Shown here one piece after another: positions 1 through 9,158 of a stretch of 64,000 nt of DNA. The translations under genes were made by a program, and so were the position numbers. The DNA lies in NCBI GenBank assembly GCA_048940925.1, contig JBHLOC010000004.1, forward strand, positions 32,001 through 96,000, in the 5' to 3' direction. Origin of the DNA: Promethearchaeota archaeon. Its GTDB lineage: Archaea; Asgardarchaeota; Lokiarchaeia; Sigyniarchaeales; SOKP01. Within the stretch, counting starts at the first letter, position 1. The number at the start of each line of letters is the position of its first letter. A model generated the notes under the pieces. That model searched no databases, was not told the DNA's origin, and was given only the letters and a program-made list of their open reading frames with translations.

Positions 1-642
1 ATAGTACCAATTTTTGAAGGATTTACATTAAGTCATGCAATTGAGAGAATTGATCTTGCTGGACGAGATGTTACAACATATTTACAGAGATTGTTACGAC
101 AAAATGGACACTCATTTACTACATCTGCAGAAAAGGAAATCGTAAGAGATATTAAAGAAAAGCTTTGTTATGTAGCTTTAGATCCTGAGAAAGAGCTATT
201 ACTTTCAAAACGAATAGCAGGTATGGAAAAAAGCTATATGCTTCCTGATGGAGAAACTATAAATATAGGAATAGAGAGATTTTTAGCACCAGAGAGCATA
301 TTTAATCCATCAGTATTAGGCAAGGAATTAGACTCATTAGATGATGTTATTGTAGAAGCTATTACTGCTTGTGATGTAGACCTAAGGAGAGATCTCTACA
401 GCAATATTGTACTCTCAGGGGGATCAACAATGTTTCCTGGTATTAGAGAACGATTGACTCGAGAAATAAAAGAACAGATACCTGATTCCATTGATGTTAA
501 AATTATCGCTCCACCGGAAAGAATGTATTCGGTTTGGATAGGAGGCTCTATTCTTGCTTCGCTAAAGACATTTCACCGCATGTGGATCACCCGTAGAGAT
601 TATAAGGAGCTAGGACCTCAAGTAATTCATCGATGTTTTTAA
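1..642 (+). CDS. Actin (Asgard/Lokiactin-type), 5'-truncated by window edge
   Basis: Frame open from base 1: [28 protein letters not shown]...[23 protein letters not shown]...[14 protein letters not shown]...[22 protein letters not shown]...VIHRCF, hallmark actin motifs. Confidence 0.97.
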   Translation: MVPIFEGFTLSHAIERIDLAGRDVTTYLQRLLRQNGHSFTTSAEKEIVRDIKEKLCYVALDPEKELLLSKRIAGMEKSYMLPDGETINIGIERFLAPESIFNPSVLGKELDSLDDVIVEAITACDVDLRRDLYSNIVLSGGSTMFPGIRERLTREIKEQIPDSIDVKIIAPPERMYSVWIGGSILASLKTFHRMWITRRDYKELGPQVIHRCF

Positions 643-663
643 GTCTTCCTTTAAAAAACTAAG

Positions 664-879
664 GTGGTGAAAAATATGATAAAAATAGTAATGATTGATG
701 GAATTCCCTACATATTTATAGAAGAAGGGATTATTGAATTCAGTTCCAAATCACTTACAATAGAAAAAGATCATAATAAGAAGAAAGATTTTACATATTT
801 TCAGAGACAAAAGGAAGCGCAATTTATGAAGAATTTATTGAAGGAATTAAAAAGAAATTTTATGAATAAGAAGCAATAG
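664..879 (+). CDS. Small hypothetical protein
   Basis: 71-aa ORF 21 nt after the actin stop, with a GGTGGTG SD-like sequence near the start; no recognisable motif. Confidence 0.55.
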   Translation: MVKNMIKIVMIDGIPYIFIEEGIIEFSSKSLTIEKDHNKKKDFTYFQRQKEAQFMKNLLKELKRNFMNKKQ

Positions 880-968
880 GGTGAAATTAAATTTTAAATA
901 ATTTTTATTTTTCATTAAATAATCAAAAAATTAAGTCATGAATGGATTGTTTTTCATAAAGATTTTTA

Positions 969-2219
969 TTGGTTGATAAAGTGGAAAAATTGAGAAATTT
1001 TCTTGAAGAGTATTTTCAACAGGATTCTAAGATAAAGTCATATGTTTTAATTGAAGAAAAAAATAAAATCGTAGATTCATCAGGCAGCTCGGATTTAATA
1101 GATGATTTAGAAGACATAAATTCAGCTTGGAGTAAAAAGGATACTAGGGAGTTAACACTTTCTGGTATAAAATATGTAATATTACAATCTTCCTTGAATG
1201 TATTCATCGCAATTACTCCCGACAAGCAAGGGAGCATCATTGGAGTGAAAGATGAAGAACGGAAGATTTTTTATAAAATTGCTCCTGAGGGGTTAATTCT
1301 TCATAGTTTAAAAGAAGCATCAAACACTTTAAGCGAATTAAGTACAAAAGCTCCCTATATGAGTCCTGAAGATGATTTAGGCAAAACTGAACGTTTAAAG
1401 TGGGCAACTCCAAGGATACTGCTTGATGATACAAACAATTTACAAGAATTAGGTTTACTAAAGTTTGGGTTAAGTATTGAGGAAGCTAAAGTATATTTAG
1501 CCTTATTAGATAGGGGGAAGGAGGGCGCTAGTGTTGGGGAATTAAATGAAGATTTAGCTATTAAAAGAACTACAATTTATCGTATTATTGATCGTTTAAT
1601 TAGTAAAGAGTGGGCGGTGAAGTTACCATTAGTGCCTAAAAGTGCCCAAAATTATATAGCGAGACCATTAAATGACATTTTAGACGAGAGAATCCAACAA
1701 AAGGATGAGGAATTAAAAATCTTAAAAAGCTTCCGTTATATTATGGGGGATTCAAGCGAGAATGGATGGATAATTTTATCTGATATAAAAAAAGATTTAC
1801 AAACTTATAGTCAAGAAACTTTTGATTTTAAAACACTCGGAATTACAGGGGTTGAAAAGGATTGTGGTCTTCTCATTTTTGAATATGATAAAGAAATTAA
1901 AGAAAAAATTATTATTAGAGCCGCATTACAACTTTCTTTGGAAAAAATGAGGGAATTAATACAACCAGATCTCGATGAAAAAGATTTGACTATTCCTGAT
2001 TTGGAAGACATCAAAACAGAGGATACACAAATCAAGGATTATTTAGGCATGATCTTGTACTTCAAGTTTAAAGAAGGAACTGAGACTGCAAACAATATAG
2101 GTACGGATTGGATTGTAGCAGCTAGGCATGTTGCAGTCCCTATAGAGAATAAGATCTATGTGGTTTGGGGTTCGGAAGAAAAATTTCCAATTTTATTGAG
2201 TTTTATATTAAAACTTTAA
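969..2219 (+). CDS. Profilin-like N-terminal domain fused to TrmB-type HTH regulator
   Basis: N-terminal ~125 aa resemble Asgard profilin-like proteins (LSGIKYVILQ...GSIIGVKDEERKIFYKIAPEG). Central LLKFGLSIEEAKVYLALL...LAIKRTTIYRIIDRLISKEW is a TrmB winged HTH. Confidence 0.75.
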   Translation: MVDKVEKLRNFLEEYFQQDSKIKSYVLIEEKNKIVDSSGSSDLIDDLEDINSAWSKKDTRELTLSGIKYVILQSSLNVFIAITPDKQGSIIGVKDEERKIFYKIAPEGLILHSLKEASNTLSELSTKAPYMSPEDDLGKTERLKWATPRILLDDTNNLQELGLLKFGLSIEEAKVYLALLDRGKEGASVGELNEDLAIKRTTIYRIIDRLISKEWAVKLPLVPKSAQNYIARPLNDILDERIQQKDEELKILKSFRYIMGDSSENGWIILSDIKKDLQTYSQETFDFKTLGITGVEKDCGLLIFEYDKEIKEKIIIRAALQLSLEKMRELIQPDLDEKDLTIPDLEDIKTEDTQIKDYLGMILYFKFKEGTETANNIGTDWIVAARHVAVPIENKIYVVWGSEEKFPILLSFILKL

Positions 2220-2229
2220 AGTTTTCATA

Positions 2230-2778
2230 ATGACAGCGCAAATACCAGATGAATTTATGTTAAATGGTGAATCTTTTTCACTAGTAGGTTTAAAAGGCAC
2301 AGGATTATTTAAACCAGAGGATTTTGGAATAATACCGTATTTTAGTTGTACAGCTTGTTGGCGAGGATACGTTATGAAGTATGTATTTACGGAAAAACAG
2401 TTAATTATGGATGAATTGCTAGTAAATATCAATGATCCTCCAAAAATCAATGGAGTTGAAGCTCAAGATGGGAATGATCTTTTTAAATATAATTATAAAA
2501 ATTTGAATCTTAAATCAAAGTTTACAGGGAGTGTTCTTCTCGCAAAAGACTTTATACAATCTATGTACGTGCATATGGGTTTTCAGAGACCAATGGCTTT
2601 TAAGACAGTTGTTGAAATCCATATTGAAAATGGAGACATCATCTCATTAAAAGATCTTTCTAGACAGATGGAGGAACAAAGGAAAAGGGATCTTTATAAG
2701 GGAGCACAGCCTGAATCTAATTCTAAAAAAGATATTGAGAAATGGGTTAAAAAAACCTTTTCTCTTGATTATGAGTGA
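2230..2778 (+). CDS. Conserved hypothetical protein (MTAQxxD / CTACWRGY motif)
   Basis: 182-aa ORF 10 nt after the previous gene, with a distinctive TACWRGY motif. Confidence 0.75.
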   Translation: MTAQIPDEFMLNGESFSLVGLKGTGLFKPEDFGIIPYFSCTACWRGYVMKYVFTEKQLIMDELLVNINDPPKINGVEAQDGNDLFKYNYKNLNLKSKFTGSVLLAKDFIQSMYVHMGFQRPMAFKTVVEIHIENGDIISLKDLSRQMEEQRKRDLYKGAQPESNSKKDIEKWVKKTFSLDYE

Positions 2779-3066
2779 TAACAGTCCCAGATTTTAATAA
2801 TATTCTGTTCTTTGTCCTTCTTTTCAGATAACCTGAACAATCCTTTCTTGAAAGTCAGCACTGTCTGTGATACTTATTATGATGGATGTCCTCAGAACAT
2901 CAAACTTATTGAGATCTTAACAGTTCACGATTAGGTTTATTATTGAAATTATTATTAAGAAATTCAAAAATATTTATATAATGCTATAAACAAGAAGAAA
3001 TTAAATTAAATTTTCCAGCAATACAATATATTATATAAATAATCTATAAATTAAAGTGGAAAAATC

Positions 3067-3522
3067 TTGGTAGATTTTAGAAAAGATACATGGTTATATG
3101 CCTTAATCGCCTCTATACTTGCTATAATATCACTCTTTACTCCTGCACGTATCATACATGCTGGCGGAGAGTACGGGGACATGATAGCTTGGTTAGGTGG
3201 TGGTATAATGTTAGAAATTGATTCGGGAACTTGGCATGAGGATTTATTTAGTCAGCTTCTATTTGGTGCTACTTTAATTTCAATAACATTACTTCTTATA
3301 ATCTCAATTAATTCTTGGAGAGGAAAGGAAATTAAACGGGATTCATTAATCTATTTACTTTCAGGAACTATAATATTAATGTTAACTATATTCTTCTGGA
3401 TCTTTGAATTTGATCCTGATTTTGAGACTATCAGTTTTGCCACAATCGGTATTTTCATTTCTGGTATAATATCTATTCTAGCATTTACAATTGATAGATT
3501 AAGTGCATACAGGAACAAATAA
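3067..3522 (+). CDS. Four-TM membrane protein
   Basis: About four hydrophobic segments. Confidence 0.75.
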   Translation: MVDFRKDTWLYALIASILAIISLFTPARIIHAGGEYGDMIAWLGGGIMLEIDSGTWHEDLFSQLLFGATLISITLLLIISINSWRGKEIKRDSLIYLLSGTIILMLTIFFWIFEFDPDFETISFATIGIFISGIISILAFTIDRLSAYRNK

Positions 3523-3627
3523 TCAAATTCTCAATAAATAATTACTATATTTTATTTCTTTTTATATGTTTTCCAATTTTATTTATATATATATTAATAA
3601 AACTATGTTTCCTATAATTAATGAAAA

Positions 3628-4188
3628 TTGGATATGAATAGAGAAGAGTGGCAAAAGTCGAAGGGAGAAGAAATACTTAGAGAATTTGGTATTAAAGAAG
3701 ACCAAAAAATATTAGATTTTGGATGTGGATCAGGAGTATATTCAATCATTGCTTCGAGAATAGTAGGTAACACAGGGAAAATTTATGCGCTTGATTGTGA
3801 GGAAGCCCCATTAGAAGAGTTATCAAGCAAAATCACAACTCAAAATATTAGTAATATTGAAATCATAAAAACTTCGAAAAAAATATCGATTCCATTGAAA
3901 TCTGATTCTCTAGATGTAGTATTAATGTATGATGTATATCATTTACTTGAAAAGGATGATCGAATCCAATTGTTAGATGAGATACATCGAGTTTTAAAAA
4001 GTAATAATGGGATTCTATCTTATTTTGCTACTCATATAGGTTCTTATGGAATTCAATTAAATAAAGTCCAAGAACAAATAAAGAAAGCAGGTTTTGAATT
4101 TATAGAGCAGTTTAAGCGCCCAATGTTTCATTGGACTTGGATTGAGCAAGGTATGATTTTTAAATATAAAAAAATAGGAAAAAAATAA
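3628..4188 (+). CDS. Class I SAM-dependent methyltransferase
   Basis: ILDFGCGSG motif I; DVVLMYDVYH; EIHRVLK. Confidence 0.92.
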   Translation: MDMNREEWQKSKGEEILREFGIKEDQKILDFGCGSGVYSIIASRIVGNTGKIYALDCEEAPLEELSSKITTQNISNIEIIKTSKKISIPLKSDSLDVVLMYDVYHLLEKDDRIQLLDEIHRVLKSNNGILSYFATHIGSYGIQLNKVQEQIKKAGFEFIEQFKRPMFHWTWIEQGMIFKYKKIGKK

Positions 4189-4190
4189 AA

Positions 4191-4961
4191 TTATTTTCTC
4201 GCTGTAAATATTCCGAATCCTGTGATATTCTCATATCTTATATTTTTGAAATTGTATTTATTTAATAATTTTTCCCAGTGCTCTTTATTCCTGAAAGCAA
4301 AGCAACACAAGCCACTAAATGCTACTAATTGCCATGACGTTCGATTCCATTCACTCAAGTAAAGATATCCATCAGGCTTTAAAACGCGATAAATCTCTTG
4401 CAGTGCTTTATCTTGACCGTTTGGTTCATGCACTTCATGAAGTACTGAAGAAACATTAACAATATCAAATGTATTTTTTTCAAAAGGGATGTTAGAAGCA
4501 GAACCATATTGAAAAGTAGTTCTGTCTTCAACTTTTTCAATTCTAGCATTATTTTGTACCTTATCTAAAGCATTACCCGGAATTGCTAGTTTTGAATAAA
4601 TATCAATACCGTATAAAAGTCCTCCTTTCTTTAATTCTTTAGCAATTCTAATCGCTGTTCTTCCAGTTCCACATCCTACGTCTAAAATCTGGGGATTATC
4701 AATTTCTTCTAATGCTTTCATTCTAGCAATTAAATCTATTTTTGGCATTTTTCGTAATAACAATATATGCATCGTAATCATTCCAATACCTGGCCATAAA
4801 AATACCAAAACGATAGCTAAACCCGAAATAATAAAAATTATTTGCACTACTCCATCTATTAAGAATCCATAAATAAAAACAGATAAACCTATTAATCCTA
4901 TGATATTGAATCCAATAATTAGATTCTTCACATACCATCCATATTTAGGTTTTGCTTCCAT
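4191..4961 (-). CDS. Class I SAM-dependent methyltransferase with N-terminal TM helices
   Basis: Two N-terminal TMs; ILDVGCGTG; FDIVNVSSVLHEV; EIYRVLKPDG. Confidence 0.92.
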   Translation of the reverse strand: MEAKPKYGWYVKNLIIGFNIIGLIGLSVFIYGFLIDGVVQIIFIISGLAIVLVFLWPGIGMITMHILLLRKMPKIDLIARMKALEEIDNPQILDVGCGTGRTAIRIAKELKKGGLLYGIDIYSKLAIPGNALDKVQNNARIEKVEDRTTFQYGSASNIPFEKNTFDIVNVSSVLHEVHEPNGQDKALQEIYRVLKPDGYLYLSEWNRTSWQLVAFSGLCCFAFRNKEHWEKLLNKYNFKNIRYENITGFGIFTARK

Positions 4962-4973
4962 CTTTATTTCGAC

Positions 4974-5507
4974 CTAGATTTTAATAAAATTATATTGTTT
5001 ATCAATCACTTCAGTCAATTTGAAAAGTCCTTTGGATGTGATCAGATTTATTATTTCATCTTCATTCATATGATGATCATCAAATGAAAGGATTGAATTT
5101 AGCTTTAAAACTCGATAAAATTCTTTTAATATATTAAATTTATTAGAGATGTCATGAAGTACATCAAAACAAATAATTTTATCAATACTTTCATTATCTA
5201 ATCCAGTAGCACAGTCTGTCTGAATTGTTTCAATATTAGTATAACCCATTCTTTCAGCTTTTTTTTTAATCTTTTCTAATGCCAATGGATGAATATCTGC
5301 AGCAAAAACTTTCCCATTTGGTCCTAATTCCTCAACTGCAGCTATTGTATAACTTCCTGATCCACACCCATAATCTAAGATTATATCTCCTAGTTTTATA
5401 TTAGCTTTTCTAATCTTATTTACAGGAGGGTAAAACTTATCACGAATTTTGAAAAAAAATGACATAAATCTAAAATCGATATTTGATTGTTTTTTATTCT
5501 TCTTCAT
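4974..5507 (-). CDS. Class I SAM-dependent methyltransferase
   Basis: ILDYGCGSG; FAADIHP; FDVLHD; EFYRVLK. Confidence 0.92.
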   Translation of the reverse strand: MKKNKKQSNIDFRFMSFFFKIRDKFYPPVNKIRKANIKLGDIILDYGCGSGSYTIAAVEELGPNGKVFAADIHPLALEKIKKKAERMGYTNIETIQTDCATGLDNESIDKIICFDVLHDISNKFNILKEFYRVLKLNSILSFDDHHMNEDEIINLITSKGLFKLTEVIDKQYNFIKI

Positions 5508-5952
5508 TTAAATCACCTCTATTATTTTCCTGGACATCTTCAAAACTTCCCCCAAATGCCTGAAACAGCTTGATAGCAAAATTTTTCAGTTTAGTTGATT
5601 TCATAAAGCCAAGTCCTTTTTCAATATCTCCAAAGACGAGGATTAAATCTCCAGAGTTTATTTTAAAAGTCTCTCGAGCATCTTGTGGTATTACAATTTG
5701 TCCCCTCTCACCAACTTTAGCAGTACCAAAATAGTATTCATGTTTTTCTAGTTCTTTTATATCAATTTCTAAATTTTTAGCCAAACCTAAACCTTTATTT
5801 AATTCTCCAAAAATATATACTTCATCTCTAGCTTCAATTTCAAAGATTTCTCTTGCTTTATGGGGAATAACAATTTGACCTCGTTCACCAACCTTTACTG
5901 AGCCAAAAAAGTATTTTCCTTTTTTACCAGGAAATTCAGTTATTTTAATCAC
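5494..5952 (-). CDS. Tandem AbrB/MazE/SpoVT-domain transcriptional regulator
   Basis: Two copies of FG(S/T)(V/A)KVGERGQIVIP...ARE.F.I. Confidence 0.9.
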   Translation of the reverse strand: MIKITEFPGKKGKYFFGSVKVGERGQIVIPHKAREIFEIEARDEVYIFGELNKGLGLAKNLEIDIKELEKHEYYFGTAKVGERGQIVIPQDARETFKINSGDLILVFGDIEKGLGFMKSTKLKNFAIKLFQAFGGSFEDVQENNRGDLNEEE

Positions 5953-5970
5953 CTTTTATTATTCATATTG

Positions 5971-6030
5971 ATATGATCATACCAATATGATCATATTAAT
6001 ATGATCATACGAATCATACTATATAAATAT
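5971..6030 (-). promoter_or_regulatory. Triple palindromic operator (ATATGATCATA x3, 14-bp period) plus TATA box of the AbrB-like gene
   Basis: ATATGATCATA at 5971, 5985 and 5999; TTTATAT on the minus strand at about 6021-6027. Confidence 0.7.
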
Positions 6031-6041
6031 ATTGCTTTTCT

Positions 6042-6205
6042 TTATTCAAAAATTTCAATTTCAAGATGATTCTTTGCTTCAATAAAAATAGGACCTTTTG
6101 CAATATATGTAATAGCTAAATGGCAACCTCTTCTAGAAAGAAAAATATCATTTTTGTTAATTCCAAAAGCTCTTAAAGTTCTTTCTGGCAAAATAACACT
6201 CTTAT
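6042..6205 (-). pseudogene. 3' fragment paralogous to the gene at 8655-9122
   Basis: Translates KSVILPERTLRAFGINKNDIFLSRRGCHLAITYIAKGPIFIEAKNHLEIEIFE*, matching KSIFLPERTLKAFEINKNDTLLSGRGSHLAIGFIAKGPIFEEAKKHPEIEIFE; the 5' two-thirds is missing. Confidence 0.85.
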
Positions 6206-6387
6206 ACCTGTCTCTTCAAATATTTCTCTTTTTGCGGTAGTTAAAGTATCCTCTCCTTGCCTTATATGCCCTTTTGGGTATGTCCAGCTCATATTTCGAT
6301 TTTTCACGAGAATTATTTCAGATGTGTGTCATTATTAAATATAATTCCCCCAGCAATATAATCCTGTAAAAAATTGTTTTTATTCAA
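6200..6387 (-). pseudogene. Frameshifted, 3'-truncated Nudix hydrolase
   Basis: TTG...YIAGGIIFNND / frameshift at GACACACAT / EIILVKNRNMSWTYPKGHIRQGEDTLTTAKREIFEETGI (complete Nudix box GX5EX7REUXEEXGU), then breaks off. Confidence 0.8.
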
Positions 6388-6547
6388 CTTGGCAGTTAAG
6401 TAAATTAATTCTTTTAAACTTTTTAACAATTTAATTAAGGATTTCTAATAAAAAAAAGCAAATTAAATATCAGTTAATAAAAAATTATTATATAATTTAG
6501 ATTTCCGAAAAAAATATCAAATTAATTGTAACAAAATTAAAAATAAT

Positions 6548-7834
6548 CTAAATTTGGCTTTCAATTTGAATAAGATTTGAAATTAGGTTGAGTATCGAAT
6601 GTTCTCTAATTTCAAGTGCCTCTAACGCGTTCTTTAATTCTTTGGGATCTTTTATCCATCCCTTAGCATCATCTTTACATAGATGAAAATGATTTGCAAG
6701 ACCTTTTAATACTTGAATATACCAAGAAATCTTATTAATAATATGTAATGGATCACCAATTTTGCCATTATGTGGATTATTTGATAATTCTTGAAGCTCA
6801 TTATAAAGTTCTGATATAGTATCAAGGCAATTATTTACTTTCATTCCACATCTATTCGCAAAAGTGCGATTCATCCATTTCCTTGCTAATAAACCCAGGT
6901 CATTTGTCTCTTGTTGAAGTTTTTCTATAATTGCAATTACTTTTTTTGAGTTTCCAATAGTTTTTGAAATATACCTATTCAATTCATCATTAGGTTTATT
7001 CGTTTGATTATTACTTGTAATTTCATTATATTTAGTTTTAATTAATCCTAGTTTTAAGAGAGGTGAAAAGGGTTCTGCAATTTGGCCATGATATTCTTTA
7101 GCATATACTATAGTATATGCCCAACCAGCTGCACAATGATCTGCTGGCATCAATCCTTCATAACCAGGATTGACTCCCTGGTTTATAAACTCGTTTTCTG
7201 TCATGCCATACTTTGGAGCCAAGATATGACTATATTCGCGTAATCCTGGTGTATCGATCATTCCAGGACCAAATACAAATATAGAAATATTGGTATCTTC
7301 TAATTCAGCTGCTAATGATTTAGCAATTGATGTTAAAGCAGTTTTACTAGCAAAATAGGGTGCCATGTATGGCCATCCTTCCGCAGAAGTGAGAGTATTT
7401 ATTACACCTTCATTTTGTTCAATCATATATGGTAAAAAGGTTTTAATGATATAAATAGCACCTCGAATATTTACGTCATATATTTTATCCCAATCTTCCA
7501 TTGAAATTTCAAGTATAGTGCCTACTGAAGTTGAATATGCGTTATTTATTAAAATATCAACCTTTCCATAATTTTCAATAACTTTTTTCTCTAAATTTTT
7601 TATATCATCTTCATTAGAAACATCCGTTTTTATAAATAAAGCAGTCCCACCTTCTGCCTGAATTAACTCTTCAACATCTTTACCATAATTATTAATTTCA
7701 GCAATAATTACTTTAGCTCCCAACCAAGCTAACGCTCTTGCAAGTTCTTTTCCAATACCTCTACCTGCCCCTGTAATAATAGCAACTTTGTTAGAGAGGG
7801 AATTCCTTGCCAAACCTAATTTTTTAATAAACAT
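6548..7834 (-). CDS. SDR-family oxidoreductase with long C-terminal helical extension
   Basis: ITGAGRGIG; DILINNA; YFASK (YxxxK); PGMIDT; about 165 extra C-terminal aa. Confidence 0.9.
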   Translation of the reverse strand: MFIKKLGLARNSLSNKVAIITGAGRGIGKELARALAWLGAKVIIAEINNYGKDVEELIQAEGGTALFIKTDVSNEDDIKNLEKKVIENYGKVDILINNAYSTSVGTILEISMEDWDKIYDVNIRGAIYIIKTFLPYMIEQNEGVINTLTSAEGWPYMAPYFASKTALTSIAKSLAAELEDTNISIFVFGPGMIDTPGLREYSHILAPKYGMTENEFINQGVNPGYEGLMPADHCAAGWAYTIVYAKEYHGQIAEPFSPLLKLGLIKTKYNEITSNNQTNKPNDELNRYISKTIGNSKKVIAIIEKLQQETNDLGLLARKWMNRTFANRCGMKVNNCLDTISELYNELQELSNNPHNGKIGDPLHIINKISWYIQVLKGLANHFHLCKDDAKGWIKDPKELKNALEALEIREHSILNLISNLIQIESQI

Positions 7835-7874
7835 CTTATTATCACTTTTTAGTGTTATTAAGATATTATAATCA

Positions 7875-7927
7875 AAATGACTATTTAAATGTTTGGGTCA
7901 GTGAGTCATTAAGTCATTTAGTCATAA
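7875..7927. promoter_or_regulatory. Four 8-bp-period RGTCA direct repeats plus one inverted copy between the divergent SDR and TetR genes
   Basis: GGTCAGTG AGTCATTA AGTCATTT AGTCATAA (7896-7927) and AAATGACT (7875-7882). Confidence 0.6.
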
Positions 7928-7937
7928 ATATATAAGT

Positions 7938-8579
7938 ATGAAAATCCTTATTATTATTATCATGCCAAAAGCTTTTACAGCTGAAGAGAGAAATATTATA
8001 AGAAATAGTCTAATTGAAAAAGGTGCAGAATTTTTTGGATCCTATGGCTTAAAAAGGACAAATGTTGAAGATTTAACAAATGCTGTAGGTATCTCAAAAG
8101 GATCTTTCTATTCTTTTTACAATTCTAAAGAAGAACTTTTTTTAGATGTACTAGATCACGTAGAGAAAAAATTTATCAAGGAAATGCAACAACTTTTGAA
8201 AAAAATGAAAAGTAGCCCAAAAGAGACTTTTAAAAAATTTTTAAAATTTCATATGCAAGCACCAAAAGATAATCCAATCATACAACAAGTTGCTGATAAA
8301 AATATTAGAGAATATCTTATCAGAAAATTATATAATAATCCTAAATTACAACGAAAACTTCAAACTTATGAATACATTCCCCAACTTATTGAAATGTGGC
8401 AAAAGCAGGGCATTATGATTAATAAAGATCCTGAAATTTTAGCAGGTATATTAAAATCCATATTTACAATTGGATTAGATGATGAGACTGTTGAATATAT
8501 TGGAAGGAAAAAGTTCCCTGAAATTATTGAGAATCTTTTAGATCTTATTGTAGATTACATGATAATTTCTGATTCTTAG
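7938..8579 (+). CDS. TetR/AcrR-family regulator (probable start 7962)
   Basis: MPKAFTAEER...FFGSYGLKRTNVEDLTNAVGISKGSFYSFYNSKEELF. Confidence 0.93.
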   Translation: MKILIIIIMPKAFTAEERNIIRNSLIEKGAEFFGSYGLKRTNVEDLTNAVGISKGSFYSFYNSKEELFLDVLDHVEKKFIKEMQQLLKKMKSSPKETFKKFLKFHMQAPKDNPIIQQVADKNIREYLIRKLYNNPKLQRKLQTYEYIPQLIEMWQKQGIMINKDPEILAGILKSIFTIGLDDETVEYIGRKKFPEIIENLLDLIVDYMIISDS

Positions 8580-8654
8580 TGAATATCTTATAGGGATGCC
8601 AAGATATCACTATTTATCTTTTATTTAATTTAGTTTAATATAATCTGATTAATT

Positions 8655-9122
8655 CTATTCAAAAATTTCAATTTCAGGATGTTTTTTTGCCTCTTCAAAT
8701 ATTGGGCCTTTTGCTATAAATCCGATAGCTAAATGGCTACCTCTCCCAGAAAGTAAAGTATCGTTTTTATTAATCTCAAAAGCCTTTAAAGTTCTTTCTG
8801 GCAAAAATATGCTCTTGTCCTTAAGAATTGTTACCCAACAGTATTTTTTATTGTTTGATTCGATAATCTCACCTTCAGGTATTTTATATTTAGCTAATGA
8901 AGTATTTTTATCTATTAATTCTTTCATGATTGAATTTTTTAAAATTCTCACAGAACTTAATCCAAATCCCCCTGAAGTTTTACTTCCTGAAAATAAGATA
9001 GCACATTTATCCTGCTTTAAATTATACTCCTCATAAGCTTTGGGGGGAATTTTCACTTTACCTTGATGTCCCACTTTTGACCATCCAAATAGGTATTTTC
9101 CTCCTTTTACAATTTGTGGCAT
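8655..9122 (-). CDS. AbrB-like conserved hypothetical protein
   Basis: MPQIVKGGKYLFGWSKVGHQGKVKIPPKAYEEY; duplicated swapped-hairpin-like pattern. Confidence 0.75.
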   Translation of the reverse strand: MPQIVKGGKYLFGWSKVGHQGKVKIPPKAYEEYNLKQDKCAILFSGSKTSGGFGLSSVRILKNSIMKELIDKNTSLAKYKIPEGEIIESNNKKYCWVTILKDKSIFLPERTLKAFEINKNDTLLSGRGSHLAIGFIAKGPIFEEAKKHPEIEIFE

Positions 9123-9158
9123 AGCTTATCCCTATTATTATAAAGTTTTTTTTGAAAT

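Noticed and set aside
1016-2450. Short antisense or overlapping ORFs in the track (also 8809, 12178, 12670, 17106, 21617, 28350, 30556, 35485, 53492, 54549, 57391, 60324, 63771 and others)
   Set aside because: They are shadows of longer genes with clear motifs.
2773-2781. Other TGA-terminated genes as Sec candidates (for example 2230-2778)
   Set aside because: TGA is followed immediately by TAA, and I noticed no SECIS-like hairpin downstream.
2780-2935. Slightly GC-richer intergenic stretch, possibly a gene remnant on the minus strand
   Set aside because: No continuous frame or motif I can support.
5971-6010. Possible mini-CRISPR or tandem repeat
   Set aside because: Units are 11 bp with 3-bp spacers and there are no cas genes; an operator fits better.
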